Of a stretch of DNA of 64,000 nt, positions 1 to 8,821 are shown piece by piece (position 1 is the stretch's first letter; each line of letters begins with the position of its first letter). The DNA is from Acidimicrobiales bacterium (GTDB lineage Bacteria > Actinomycetota > Acidimicrobiia > Acidimicrobiales > SZUA-35): positions 939 to 64,938 of the forward strand of contig JAHEJM010000010.1 in NCBI GenBank assembly GCA_024638815.1. Direction: 5' to 3'. The notes beneath the pieces were generated by a model. It made no database searches. It had not been told where the DNA came from and was given only the letters and a program-made list of their open reading frames with translations. A program made the translations under genes and the position numbers.

Positions 1-38
1 CCCCCTCAGGATCGGGGCGGCTCCGGTAGCGTGAACGG

Positions 39-2126
39 GTGAGCGAAAATGCCAGTAGCAAGGCCGATGACGACTACCTGTGGCTTGAAGAGGTCGAAGG
101 CGACCAGGCGCTCGAGTGGGTGGAGGAACAGAATGCCCTGACCATGGCCGAGCTGGCGGCCGATCCCGATTTCGAGGTGTTCCAGCACGAGGCATTGCGG
201 ATTCTCGAAGCCGACGACAAGCTGCCGTTCGGTGTGATCCGGGGTGAGCATGTCTACAACTTCTGGCAGGACGCCAACCACGTGCGGGGGTTGTGGCGAC
301 GGACCACCCTGGCCGATTATCGGAGCGATCAGAACCAGTGGCAGGTGCTGGTCGATGTCGACCGACTGGCCGCCGACGAGGGCGAGAACTGGGTGTGGCA
401 GGGGGCGAGTCTGACCGCCGACTACACCAAGGCCATGGTGTCGCTGTCCCGCGGTGGCAAGGATGCCTCGGTTGTCCGAGAGTTCGATGTGGCCTCGGCG
501 TCGTTCGTATCCGATGGGTTCGAGCTGCCCGAGGCCAAGTCGGCAGTGGCCTGGGTCGACCACGACACCCTGCTTGTCGGCACCGACTTCGGGCCCGGCA
601 CCGTGACCAGCTCCGGCTATCCGGCCACGACCAGGCGGTGGCGGCGAGGCCGGCCACTGGCCGAGGCTGAGCTTCTGCATGCTGTGCCTGAGCGCTACGT
701 GGCCCTTTGGCCCCTGGTCCAGGATCGGCCCGAGGGTCAGTACGTGTGCCTCTCGGCCAGCCCCGATTTCTTCACCGAGGAGATCACGCTGCTTGCAGCC
801 GACGGATCATTGCGGCCGCTGGACCTGCCTGCCGATGTCGACCTGCGAGCCTTCTTCGAGGGGCGGGCGTTGGCGGTCCTGCGCTCGCCGTGGCGGGGCG
901 CAGGACAAGGGGCGCTGGTAGCGGTCGATCTGAAGTCGGATCGGGTGGAAGTGCTGTATCAGCCCGACGAGCGGTCTTCGGTGGCGATGGTGGCCACCAG
1001 CCGCGACGCCGTCGTCTTCACCGCATTGGAGAACGTGGCCGGCGCGCTCTATGTGGCCCGGTTGGAGGGGAGCGACAACGGTGCCGATGGCGGCTGGCGG
1101 GTGAAGCAGGTGGAGATGGACGGGCTCGGTAGCGTCGACCTGATCTCGGTGCCCGATGACCGGAGCGATTTGTTCGTGTCCTACAACGATCACCTGACTC
1201 CACCGTCGTTGCTGATGCTGGAACTCGGCGCCGGGGACAACCCGGCCGCGGTCGAGGTGGTCAAGCGGCAGCCGGCACGGTTCGATGCCGGTGGTCTGGC
1301 CGTCACGCAGCGTTGGGCCACCAGCGCCGACGGAACCGAGATCCCCTACTTCCTCATCGGCCCCGCAGAAGTGGTGACTGGTGGCGACCCTTCCACTGAG
1401 CCCGATTCGGCTTCCGCCCCGGCACCGGTACTGCTCTACGGGTATGGGGGATTCGAGGTGCCGCTGGCGCCCGGGTACGGGGCCGTTGTCGGCAAGCTCT
1501 GGTTGGAGCGGGGTGGATTGTACGCTGTGGCCAACATTCGGGGTGGAGGCGAGTTCGGCCCGTCCTGGCATCAGGCTGCGCTGAAGACGAACCGGCACAA
1601 GGCCTATGAGGATTTCGAGGCCGTGGCCGAGGATCTGATTGCTCGGGGAATCACCAGCTCGGAGCGGCTCGGCATCATGGGCGGGAGCAATGGTGGGCTG
1701 CTGGTTGGCTCAGCCTTCACCCGGCGTCCCGAGCTGTACAAGGCGGTGATCTGCGCCGTGCCTCTGCTCGACATGCTGCGGTTCCACGAGCTGCTGGCCG
1801 GTGCCAGCTGGATCGGTGAGTACGGTGACCCCAACGATCCGGAAATCCACGGCTACTGGTCCACGCACTCCCCTTTTCATAGGGTGTCGGTTGATGCCGA
1901 GTATCCCGAGGTGTTCTTCCTGACGTCGACCAGAGACGATCGGGTTCACCCCGGTCACGCTCGCAAGATGGTGGCCCGCATGCTCGACCAGGGGCACCCC
2001 ATCCACTATTACGAGAACACCGAGGGAGGTCACAGCGCCGCCGCCAACCTCAAACAGCAGGCTCGGCTCTCGGCTCTTGAATATGTGTACCTCCGACGAA
2101 TGCTGATGTCGTCGTCGATCGAGTAA
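39..2126 (+). CDS. Prolyl oligopeptidase family serine peptidase (S9)
   Basis: 695 aa. The long N-terminal region is followed by a C-terminal alpha/beta hydrolase part with the nucleophile elbow GGSNGGLL. Later TSTRDDRVHP and GGH segments fit the S9A catalytic Asp and His regions. Confidence 0.85.
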   Translation: MSENASSKADDDYLWLEEVEGDQALEWVEEQNALTMAELAADPDFEVFQHEALRILEADDKLPFGVIRGEHVYNFWQDANHVRGLWRRTTLADYRSDQNQWQVLVDVDRLAADEGENWVWQGASLTADYTKAMVSLSRGGKDASVVREFDVASASFVSDGFELPEAKSAVAWVDHDTLLVGTDFGPGTVTSSGYPATTRRWRRGRPLAEAELLHAVPERYVALWPLVQDRPEGQYVCLSASPDFFTEEITLLAADGSLRPLDLPADVDLRAFFEGRALAVLRSPWRGAGQGALVAVDLKSDRVEVLYQPDERSSVAMVATSRDAVVFTALENVAGALYVARLEGSDNGADGGWRVKQVEMDGLGSVDLISVPDDRSDLFVSYNDHLTPPSLLMLELGAGDNPAAVEVVKRQPARFDAGGLAVTQRWATSADGTEIPYFLIGPAEVVTGGDPSTEPDSASAPAPVLLYGYGGFEVPLAPGYGAVVGKLWLERGGLYAVANIRGGGEFGPSWHQAALKTNRHKAYEDFEAVAEDLIARGITSSERLGIMGGSNGGLLVGSAFTRRPELYKAVICAVPLLDMLRFHELLAGASWIGEYGDPNDPEIHGYWSTHSPFHRVSVDAEYPEVFFLTSTRDDRVHPGHARKMVARMLDQGHPIHYYENTEGGHSAAANLKQQARLSALEYVYLRRMLMSSSIE

Positions 2127-2301
2127 CGTTTCGACCGAACTGCGACGTCTCACACGAGATAGGCAATCCTCGGTGCCCGCCGCCACCGTCGGACGACGGT
2201 GGTCGCTTCGACTTGATGTCGTGGTGGCCACTCGGGATTGTCGGAAGAGAACCGCACGATCAGGGTCGTACTACCAGGGTCAACGACGACCGGAGAGAAT
2301 C

Positions 2302-2565
2302 ATGCAGCCGGACAAGCCGCACGACGATGATTGGGACAACACGCCCGGAAGGGCGGACGAGCAGGAGTATTCGTCACCGTCGAGTGAACGGCGAAGAGCG
2401 GTTGTTGCCGCCGTGGATCGCCGCATCGTGAAGGAGGCCTTGCGACAGTTGGAGTCCATCGATTTCGATGACCCCGACTGGTGCGTCGAGCCGCTGCCGG
2501 TCTTCCCGGTGAACGTGCCCGAGGTCGAGTTGGAGGAACCTGTCGACGTCGAGGCCGACTGCTAG
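2302..2565 (+). CDS. Hypothetical acidic protein
   Basis: The ATG at 2302 is preceded by GGAGAG and codon usage looks coding. I recognise no motif. The longer 2173 start lacks an RBS. Confidence 0.45.
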   Translation: MQPDKPHDDDWDNTPGRADEQEYSSPSSERRRAVVAAVDRRIVKEALRQLESIDFDDPDWCVEPLPVFPVNVPEVELEEPVDVEADC

Positions 2566-2632
2566 TCAGGTCACAGGACTCCTCGACTCGAGTTCGACAT
2601 GAGGTGTCGCGGAGGGCTCCTACACCAACCTG

Positions 2633-3532
2633 TCAATCGTCAATGGCGATGACCACCGTCGCCTGATCACATAGTCCTGCCTTGTCGCAGACCTGATAGG
2701 AGAGTCGATCGACGCCGGAGAAGTCATCGACCGATCGGTAGTGGATGTGGTCACCGTGAACGCGAAAGTCCTTGGCGTGGGTCGGACCGCCGATGATGGT
2801 GAGGGTGTCCTTGTCGATCGACTCCGCCCCTTCGCTGTCATTCTCGAGGACCCGGATCTTCAGATCCTTTTCATCCTCACCCGAGGCTTCGTCGTTGCGG
2901 GCAGTCGGTCCGTTGGCAGCCGAGGTCGGAGGTTCCGTTGGTGGAGGTTCCGTTGTCGGCGCCTTGGTCGTGTCGGTGGTCGATGGTCGTGAGGTCGTGG
3001 TCGACGGTGGAGCGGTGGTCGTCGACGGTGGGGCGGTGGTCGTGGTCGTCGACGGTGGTCGCGATGTGGTCACCGTGATCGTCGACGGTGTCGGATCGTC
3101 GGCATTGATCACCAAGGCCGAGTCGCTGGAGCGACCGGGGCCGGTGTCCGGTTCGTCGGCCGAGGCGGCGCCGGACAGCGAACCGGAGGATCGACCGTCG
3201 GTTAGCTGCCGGGATCGGATCGCCGATGCTGCTCCATCGGCTTCCCCTCCGGTCGACGGGGTGGCCTGTAGGGCGGCTGCCGCGGTCTCTTCGGTCTGCT
3301 GGTTCGTGATGTCGGCGGCCGGTTCGGCCGGCGTACCGGACGCGGCAGCCAACGCGATGTCGGCGTCGATCTCGTTTGGTTCGGCGCCGAGGCGGTAGGC
3401 GAAGGCGGCCAGGACGCCCAGGATGCTCAAGGACAGGAACACTGTTTGTCCCGACCACAGCCGGGACCGGCCGCGGTCGGTGAGCCGCAGCACGGCCTTA
3501 CTGCTCATGATTGTCGGACGTACACGCACCAT
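2633..3532 (-). CDS. Membrane-anchored Thr/Pro-rich protein with C-terminal cadherin/Ig-like (VCBS-type) domain
   Basis: One N-terminal TM (TVFLSLSILGVLAAFAY) is followed by a TTTAPPSTTT low-complexity linker. The C-terminal VLENDSEGAESIDKDTLTI...VDRLSYQVCDKAGLCDQATVVIAIDD is typical of bacterial cadherin-like repeats. It lies directly downstream of an ECF sigma gene. Confidence 0.6.
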   Translation of the reverse strand: MVRVRPTIMSSKAVLRLTDRGRSRLWSGQTVFLSLSILGVLAAFAYRLGAEPNEIDADIALAAASGTPAEPAADITNQQTEETAAAALQATPSTGGEADGAASAIRSRQLTDGRSSGSLSGAASADEPDTGPGRSSDSALVINADDPTPSTITVTTSRPPSTTTTTAPPSTTTAPPSTTTSRPSTTDTTKAPTTEPPPTEPPTSAANGPTARNDEASGEDEKDLKIRVLENDSEGAESIDKDTLTIIGGPTHAKDFRVHGDHIHYRSVDDFSGVDRLSYQVCDKAGLCDQATVVIAIDD

Positions 3533-3709
3533 CTATCTGTGTCCTGCTCGGTGGACCATGATAGGGCGGATGTTACGGAATGGGCTCTTGCCGGCCAGGG
3601 ATCGGCACTGTCACGGGGAATACGGTCGCAGCCGCCGTGGACAGTGTTGCTCAGCGCTACCGCGCTGGCATACGGGATTTCGTGAGACGGCAGCGTCGGC
3701 TGCAGGCCG

Positions 3710-4306
3710 CTACTCGCCGGCGAGTTCGTCGAATTGAGTCAGCACTTGTTGGATCAGGCGCTGAGCAGTTCTCAGCCGCTTGCGAACACTCTGGGCTTGC
3801 AGCCCGAGTTGTTCCGCTACCTCCTTGATCCCCAACTCGTTGACGAACACGGCCAGGGCGACCTCGCGCTGTTTCTTCGGCAGCTCGTCGAACAGTCCGA
3901 TCAGCAGCGCACGACCGAGGTAGGCCTCGGCCTCGAACGGATGGTGTGGCACCGGGCGAACCACGAGGGGTCGAGTCGGTAGCGTGCCCGTGGGCCGATC
4001 CACGTAGCGGTCCTCACGGTTGATCCGGCGCTGATGCTTTCGGATCTCATCGATGTGGATGTTTTTTGCCGCCTGGCGGATGTACCCGTGCCAGCGCTTC
4101 CCGCCCCGCAGGCGGGCCCGAACCACGTGGGGCCTCTGCCACGTTCGCCACAGCTTGACCATGACCTGCTGGGCGACATCGTCAGCCTCGTGGGTGTTGG
4201 CTCCCCGGTTCAAGGCTTCCTGTCGTGCCAGCTTCAGGATGTCCGCCAACTCGCGATTGGACGGCGACTCTCCTGAGGGTGGATCGGTGGTGAAGTGGTA
4301 GGCCAT
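3710..4306 (-). CDS. ECF-type RNA polymerase sigma-70 family factor
   Basis: 198 aa. Region 2-like segment DDVAQQVMVKLWRTW. Region 4 HTH segment LPKKQREVALAVFVNELGIKEVAEQLGLQAQSVRKRLRTAQRLI. Confidence 0.85.
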   Translation of the reverse strand: MAYHFTTDPPSGESPSNRELADILKLARQEALNRGANTHEADDVAQQVMVKLWRTWQRPHVVRARLRGGKRWHGYIRQAAKNIHIDEIRKHQRRINREDRYVDRPTGTLPTRPLVVRPVPHHPFEAEAYLGRALLIGLFDELPKKQREVALAVFVNELGIKEVAEQLGLQAQSVRKRLRTAQRLIQQVLTQFDELAGE

Positions 4307-4490
4307 GGTTCCCTCCAGGCCGTTTGTTACCGTAACTGATTGTCGAAGCTTGTTCCAGTACTGTGTAGGTTACAGCACTGTTGATCATCAGTCCAAACGA
4401 AACCTCAGCAGCCAACGAACCGCTCGCACACGAGGGAGCCCCCACTGTTCAAGTTGGCTTGGAAATCGGGTTAGTCGAGCCAACAGCGCT

Positions 4491-4835
4491 CTAGTCGAAC
4501 TCGCCGTCGGCGAGTCCCCCTACGAATGCGATCCACTCCTCAGCATCGAAGTGGAGGCTGTTCGCTTCCGAGGACAGTGTGATGGCACCATCCTCTTCGC
4601 GCTGCAGACCGATGTGGGGCAGATGTCCAACCTGGTTGGCGAGGAGTGCATCGGTGAATTCGCACCACTCATCGAGTGTTAGAGCTATAATTGGCTGTGT
4701 ATGGCCAAGCAAGTTTTGCTTGCTGTCACGAATCCTCAGACGATCTGGGGTGCGAGAGATCTCTACACACTGCCCGGATGTACATCGCCGAGACCTTACC
4801 CAATTGACGGCTTCATCAATACTCGAACGGCTCAC
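4491..4835 (-). CDS. DUF397 domain protein (tandem: one complete plus one degenerate repeat)
   Basis: WVRSRRCTSGQCVEISRTPDRLRIRDSK...LTLDEWCEFTDALL matches the DUF397 pattern (W-x-S-x-C-x3-CVE ... RDSK ... W-x-F). A second half-domain ends in FDAEEWIAFVGGLADGEFD. It sits immediately downstream of an XRE gene, as in Streptomyces WhiJ-type loci. Confidence 0.75.
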   Translation of the reverse strand: MSRSSIDEAVNWVRSRRCTSGQCVEISRTPDRLRIRDSKQNLLGHTQPIIALTLDEWCEFTDALLANQVGHLPHIGLQREEDGAITLSSEANSLHFDAEEWIAFVGGLADGEFD

Positions 4836-4859
4836 AATTGCTCTCCACTTTCCTGCTAA

Positions 4860-5759
4860 TCAGCGACGAAACTTGTCGGTCGCTTTGAATACACCTTCTT
4901 TTTTGCGAGACAAGTCTGCATAGATCGCCTCGACCCGCCGTCTCGATTCCTCAAGAGATAACGCCCTCTCCTGCCCGTCATTCCAACAGAGCTCCAGCCG
5001 CCTGAAGTCAGAACTCCCGTGAACGGGGTCCAACAGGCGAACCACCTCCTGGAACGCAACTGTCGGAAGATACTTGCTTTCGAATGAAAGGAACGCAAGT
5101 GTCGATGAATTGGCGATACTACCAGGTGGCGAGTCGAAAGCTAGTACTCGGAGCTGAACGTTATCTTGTTCTGATATCTCGAGCACGTGCTCGAGTTGAG
5201 CCAAATGGGTTCCGAGTCCACTCCATCTCTGAACAAGGGCAGCCTCACTCACAATTACAGATAGTTTAACTGGATCGTCATCGTGTAAGCGCTCTTGGCG
5301 TTTCAGCCGAACGGAAACTGAATCGTCAATGTCCACCTGGCTGTACGAGGGTTCAAGTGCTATCAAGGCCCGAGCGTACTCCTCTATCTGCAGCAGTCCC
5401 GGGAAAATCATGCTTTCGTAAGCTCTGATATGGGTTGCGCCATATTCTAACGAAAATAGCCGTAGGGCATTCTCATCATAAAGATTTGCATATGCTTGCC
5501 ACCATCCTCGAAATCGAGCCTGCTCTCGAAGCTCATGGAGTTCGACTGAAGCCTCATCGTCGAACTCAAATAAGGTTATGACCTGATCGAGTTTATCGCG
5601 AGATAGGAGTGTTCGCTCGTTCTCAACAGCCGACCAGTAGTTGCGGGATACGTCGAGTCGACCAGCCAGTGTCTTGTGATCGATTCCGAGGCTCTTGCGG
5701 CGCGCTGCCAGGCGTCGGGCCAGCTCCCATCGGGCAACTGTCGACGATGACGGAGCCAT
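4860..5759 (-). CDS. XRE-family helix-turn-helix regulator with DUF5753-like C-terminal domain (WhiJ-like)
   Basis: N-terminal HTH segment LARRLAARRKSLGIDHKTLAGRLDVSRNYWSAVENERT. The long C-terminal domain is of the type paired with DUF397 genes. Local G+C is visibly lower than in the flanks. Confidence 0.8.
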   Translation of the reverse strand: MAPSSSTVARWELARRLAARRKSLGIDHKTLAGRLDVSRNYWSAVENERTLLSRDKLDQVITLFEFDDEASVELHELREQARFRGWWQAYANLYDENALRLFSLEYGATHIRAYESMIFPGLLQIEEYARALIALEPSYSQVDIDDSVSVRLKRQERLHDDDPVKLSVIVSEAALVQRWSGLGTHLAQLEHVLEISEQDNVQLRVLAFDSPPGSIANSSTLAFLSFESKYLPTVAFQEVVRLLDPVHGSSDFRRLELCWNDGQERALSLEESRRRVEAIYADLSRKKEGVFKATDKFRR

Positions 5760-5938
5760 GGATCTAGGCGTCCCCTCTGCTCTCGGTGGAAGTTCGGAGT
5801 TCCTGCGGGCAAGCTAGCCGATCGCAGATTGCTTACTGTAACAAGACACCGTATTGTAATCACCCACTCGTACCAGGAACACGTCTTGCGACGTCTGACT
5901 AGTGAGTACGGTCCAGTTGACACCGGGAGGAGAAGCCT

Positions 5939-6820
5939 ATGAACCGGTGCGTGCTTTGTCGATGCCAAGAACATGATGAGGTTTCCGGGAGGGAGACGGC
6001 CCACTACCGGGCATGGTCGGATGGCTCTCGGGCTGCTAGGGCCCGAGCCGTGTTGGCGTGTCCGGTGGGGGCGGTTCAAGCCGGTCTGTGGTTCGTGGCC
6101 GGCCATCCTGTGGCAGTGATGACCGCGGTGGTCGCTCTGACGCTGGGAGTGGCGGCCGAGGTGGCCGTGCCGGTGGCGTGCCTGGTCGATGCCGGAGTCA
6201 TCGGCACGGCAGCCTTCGGCCCCCGATCGATTGGTCGTCTTGCCTGGTCGTGGAGCCACGCCTGCCGATTTCGTCGGCGGCTGCCCAGTTGCCGCCGAAC
6301 ACGAGGTGGACGAATCGGGCTGTGTCGTGTCGCCGACCAGCTGGGAACGCTTCCCCGCTTTCATCGCGACGGGACCTTGACCTGGTCGGCCCACGCCTAC
6401 AGCGCCGATGGCCTCGTCGAGGCAAACGAATGGCTGCGCTGGTTGGCCGCGTGTGACGCCAAGGTCGCCGCCGTCGAGACGTTCATCGCCCACCACCAAC
6501 CGCCGATGGTCGAGATGCGGCTCCGACTGTGCGGGCCGGGCCAATGGTCGGTCAAAGCCGAGCGGGTTGCGGGATCCTCGGTTCCCATCGGCGTGGCCCC
6601 CGACCCCGACACACCCACCCGTCTCGGTGGTGTCGTGCTCGAGCAGCCGGTACGACTCGGTGTTGTCGCCGACACTGACGACCGGGCCGAGTTGCCCGAT
6701 TCGGCCGACAACGGCGACGGTCAGCGCCACCCTGTGCCGATCCTGCCGCCGAAGTACCGGAAGCGGGATTCGCCCACCGGCGCAGACCCTCGACGGCCCG
6801 GTTCGAGCGGTGCGGCCTGA
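5939..6820 (+). CDS. Hypothetical membrane protein (two predicted TM helices, Arg-rich linker)
   Basis: Third-position G+C is high in this frame. TM-like stretches are GLWFVAGHPVAVMTAVVALTLGVAAEV and VPVACLVDAGVIGTAAF. I recognise no family. It is divergent from the XRE gene, and the start codon is uncertain. Confidence 0.4.
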   Translation: MNRCVLCRCQEHDEVSGRETAHYRAWSDGSRAARARAVLACPVGAVQAGLWFVAGHPVAVMTAVVALTLGVAAEVAVPVACLVDAGVIGTAAFGPRSIGRLAWSWSHACRFRRRLPSCRRTRGGRIGLCRVADQLGTLPRFHRDGTLTWSAHAYSADGLVEANEWLRWLAACDAKVAAVETFIAHHQPPMVEMRLRLCGPGQWSVKAERVAGSSVPIGVAPDPDTPTRLGGVVLEQPVRLGVVADTDDRAELPDSADNGDGQRHPVPILPPKYRKRDSPTGADPRRPGSSGAA

Positions 6821-7000
6821 GGACCTGGTTGGGGCGGAGAACCGCCCCAACCTCAAGGGCCAACACTGTTCACCCTGGTCACGGCGGATCCCATGGACAA
6901 GCAGCAAGTACCAGAGGCGAACGCTGTTAGGAATGGTCTAGTGTGTGCCGATGCCCCGGCTCCTGGGGCCCACTGCCGCACCATAGGAGAGCACACAGAG

Positions 7001-7903
7001 ATGACCGTCGTTGCGACGACCGCTGCCCGTCAATACCTGGTACACGGAAGCCCGAACTGGGTCGACCTGCAAACCACCGACGCCGATCAGGCCAAAGCGT
7101 TTTACCGCAGCCTGTTCGGGTGGAGGTTCCGGAACCGCTTCAGTCTGAATCCGGTTGATGCCACCGGAGCCGTCTCGCCGTATCCGACGTCGACCCTGAT
7201 GGCCACGTCGAACGGGCAGCCGACGGCCGAGATCATCCAGCGAACCGAACGGTTCGCCGACATGCACCTGCCGGCAACCTGGTACCCGTACATCTACGTG
7301 GTCGACCTGGCGGCGACTCTACGCCGGGTCGAGGCCGCCGGTGGCACGGTGATAACGGGGCCGACGACCCGGGGCAGCCTGGCCACAATCGCCACCATTG
7401 CCGATCCAAGTGAGGCCGTGATCTGCCTGTGGCAACCCCGGGACATGTCCGGTGCTCAATCCATGCACACCGCCGGAGCGCTTACCTGGATCGAGTTGGA
7501 GACCCCCGATCTCGACTCGGCCTGTCGGTTCTACCATGCCGTCTTCGACTGGACGTCGAGCGAAACCACCGGTCTGCCCCGGGACGAGAGCGACATCATC
7601 AGCCCGACCCTCGACAGTTACACCGTGTTCAGCACGGCGATCGGCCGGGTGGCCGGCGCACTGCGTCCGCCCATCGACGGTATTCCGGCGTCTTGGTGCC
7701 CGGCGTTCGCCGTGATCGACACCGACATCATGACCAGCAGCGCCGCTCGCCACGGCGGGGTGGTCATGGCCGAGCCCTATGACCTGCCCATCGGCCGTCA
7801 GAGTGTGGTCATCGATCCCGGCGGCGCCCCCTTCTCACTGCTCGGCCCCCGTCGACACCTTCGAAAGGCCCGGCTTTCCGCTCTCGGCTACCGCCGGACA
7901 TAG
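7001..7903 (+). CDS. VOC (glyoxalase/bleomycin resistance/dioxygenase) family protein, two-domain
   Basis: Two repeats of the VOC N-terminal pattern occur (PNWVDLQTTDADQAKAFYRSLFGW and LTWIELETPDLDSACRFYHAVFDW). The ATG at 7001 is preceded by AGGAGA. Confidence 0.8.
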   Translation: MTVVATTAARQYLVHGSPNWVDLQTTDADQAKAFYRSLFGWRFRNRFSLNPVDATGAVSPYPTSTLMATSNGQPTAEIIQRTERFADMHLPATWYPYIYVVDLAATLRRVEAAGGTVITGPTTRGSLATIATIADPSEAVICLWQPRDMSGAQSMHTAGALTWIELETPDLDSACRFYHAVFDWTSSETTGLPRDESDIISPTLDSYTVFSTAIGRVAGALRPPIDGIPASWCPAFAVIDTDIMTSSAARHGGVVMAEPYDLPIGRQSVVIDPGGAPFSLLGPRRHLRKARLSALGYRRT

Positions 7904-7904
7904 C

Positions 7905-7943
7905 CGACCGCGGCCGGCCTCGGGCTGGGGCCGGCCGCGGTCG
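7905..7943 (+). terminator. Stem-loop terminator candidate (perfect 15-bp stem)
   Basis: CGACCGCGGCCGGCC (7905-7919) pairs perfectly with GGCCGGCCGCGGTCG (7929-7943). It starts 2 nt after the VOC stop and is followed by TGTTCT. Confidence 0.55.
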
Positions 7944-7953
7944 TGTTCTCCGT

Positions 7954-8028
7954 GTATTCGACTGCAACGTATTCGACTGCAAGGTATTCGACTGCAAGGT
8001 ATTCGACTGCAAGGTACTCGACCGCAGT
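7954..8028. repeat. Five tandem 15-bp repeats (GTATTCGACTGCAAG consensus)
   Basis: Read directly: GTATTCGACTGCAAC, then GTATTCGACTGCAAG three times, then GTACTCGACCGCAGT. The array is intergenic and ends 30 bp upstream of the VIT1-family start. Confidence 0.9.
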
Positions 8029-8058
8029 GCCCGACCAGCCGTTGGCTATCGTGGAGGC

Positions 8059-8790
8059 ATGGCTGACCCCCGGCATGACCACGATCACCACAGTCACATG
8101 GTGCACAATCACCGCGACGTCCAAGGTGGCACTGCCCGAGCCGCCGTGTTCGGCGTGTCCGATGGTCTGGTGTCCAACGTGGCCCTGATCCTGGGGGTGG
8201 CCGCTGCCGGCACCGAGGCGTCCACCGTGGTGTTGGCCGGGGTTTCGGGCCTGCTGGCCGGGGCCGCCTCCATGGCCGCCGGCGAGTACGTGTCGATGAA
8301 GGCCCAGAACGAACTGGTCGAACGGGAGCTGGAGATCGAGCGCCAGTCCCTGGCCCGGAACCCCGTCAAGGAAACCCAGGAGCTGGCACAGATCTACATG
8401 ATGCGGGGCCTGGAAGAATCGGAGGCCAACACCCTGGCCACGGCGGTCATGGCCGACCCCGACGTTGCCCTGGAAGTCCATGCCCGGGAGGAACTGGGTG
8501 TCGATCCCGATTCGGTCGGCAATCCGGTGGGCGCCTCCGTCAGCTCCTTCATCGCCTTCGCCATCGGGGCAATCATCCCCCTCATTCCGTGGTTCCTAAG
8601 CGAGGGAACGGCCGCCCGCAATGGGTCCATCGTGGTCGGGCTGCTTGCCGCCGCCACCGTCGGTACGTTGCTGGCCTATTTCACCGAGCGGTCCTACATT
8701 CGCACTGCGGGCCGGCAGGTGTTCTGGGCTGTATTGGCCTGTGCCTTGACCTGGGGTATCGGGGCGTGGCTCGGGGCGACCATCGTGTGA
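8059..8790 (+). CDS. VIT1/CCC1 family iron/manganese transporter
   Basis: His-rich N-terminus (DPRHDHDHHSHMVHNH). AAVFGVSDGLVSNVALILGV and AGEYVSM are typical of the VIT family. A central cytoplasmic helical segment is followed by C-terminal TM helices. Confidence 0.85.
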   Translation: MADPRHDHDHHSHMVHNHRDVQGGTARAAVFGVSDGLVSNVALILGVAAAGTEASTVVLAGVSGLLAGAASMAAGEYVSMKAQNELVERELEIERQSLARNPVKETQELAQIYMMRGLEESEANTLATAVMADPDVALEVHAREELGVDPDSVGNPVGASVSSFIAFAIGAIIPLIPWFLSEGTAARNGSIVVGLLAAATVGTLLAYFTERSYIRTAGRQVFWAVLACALTWGIGAWLGATIV

Positions 8791-8821
8791 CCGAACGGCA
8801 CACCGAGGGAAGGGGACAGCA

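Noticed and set aside
2990-3070. DNA-level tandem repeats (GGTCGTCGACGGTGG-like).
   Set aside because: They lie inside a coding region and simply encode the Thr/Pro-rich TTTAPPSTTT linker. They are not an independent element.
5576-6907. 443-aa ORF on the minus strand.
   Set aside because: - Its Gly/Arg/Pro-rich composition is typical of an out-of-frame reading of G+C-rich DNA.
- It overlaps the well-supported XRE gene in another frame.
- It lies antisense to a frame with better codon bias.
7779-8066. ORFs encoding IRLQG or YSTAR peptide repeats.
   Set aside because: They are a direct by-product of translating the 15-bp tandem DNA repeat. They lie in an intergenic gap between a terminator and the next gene start.
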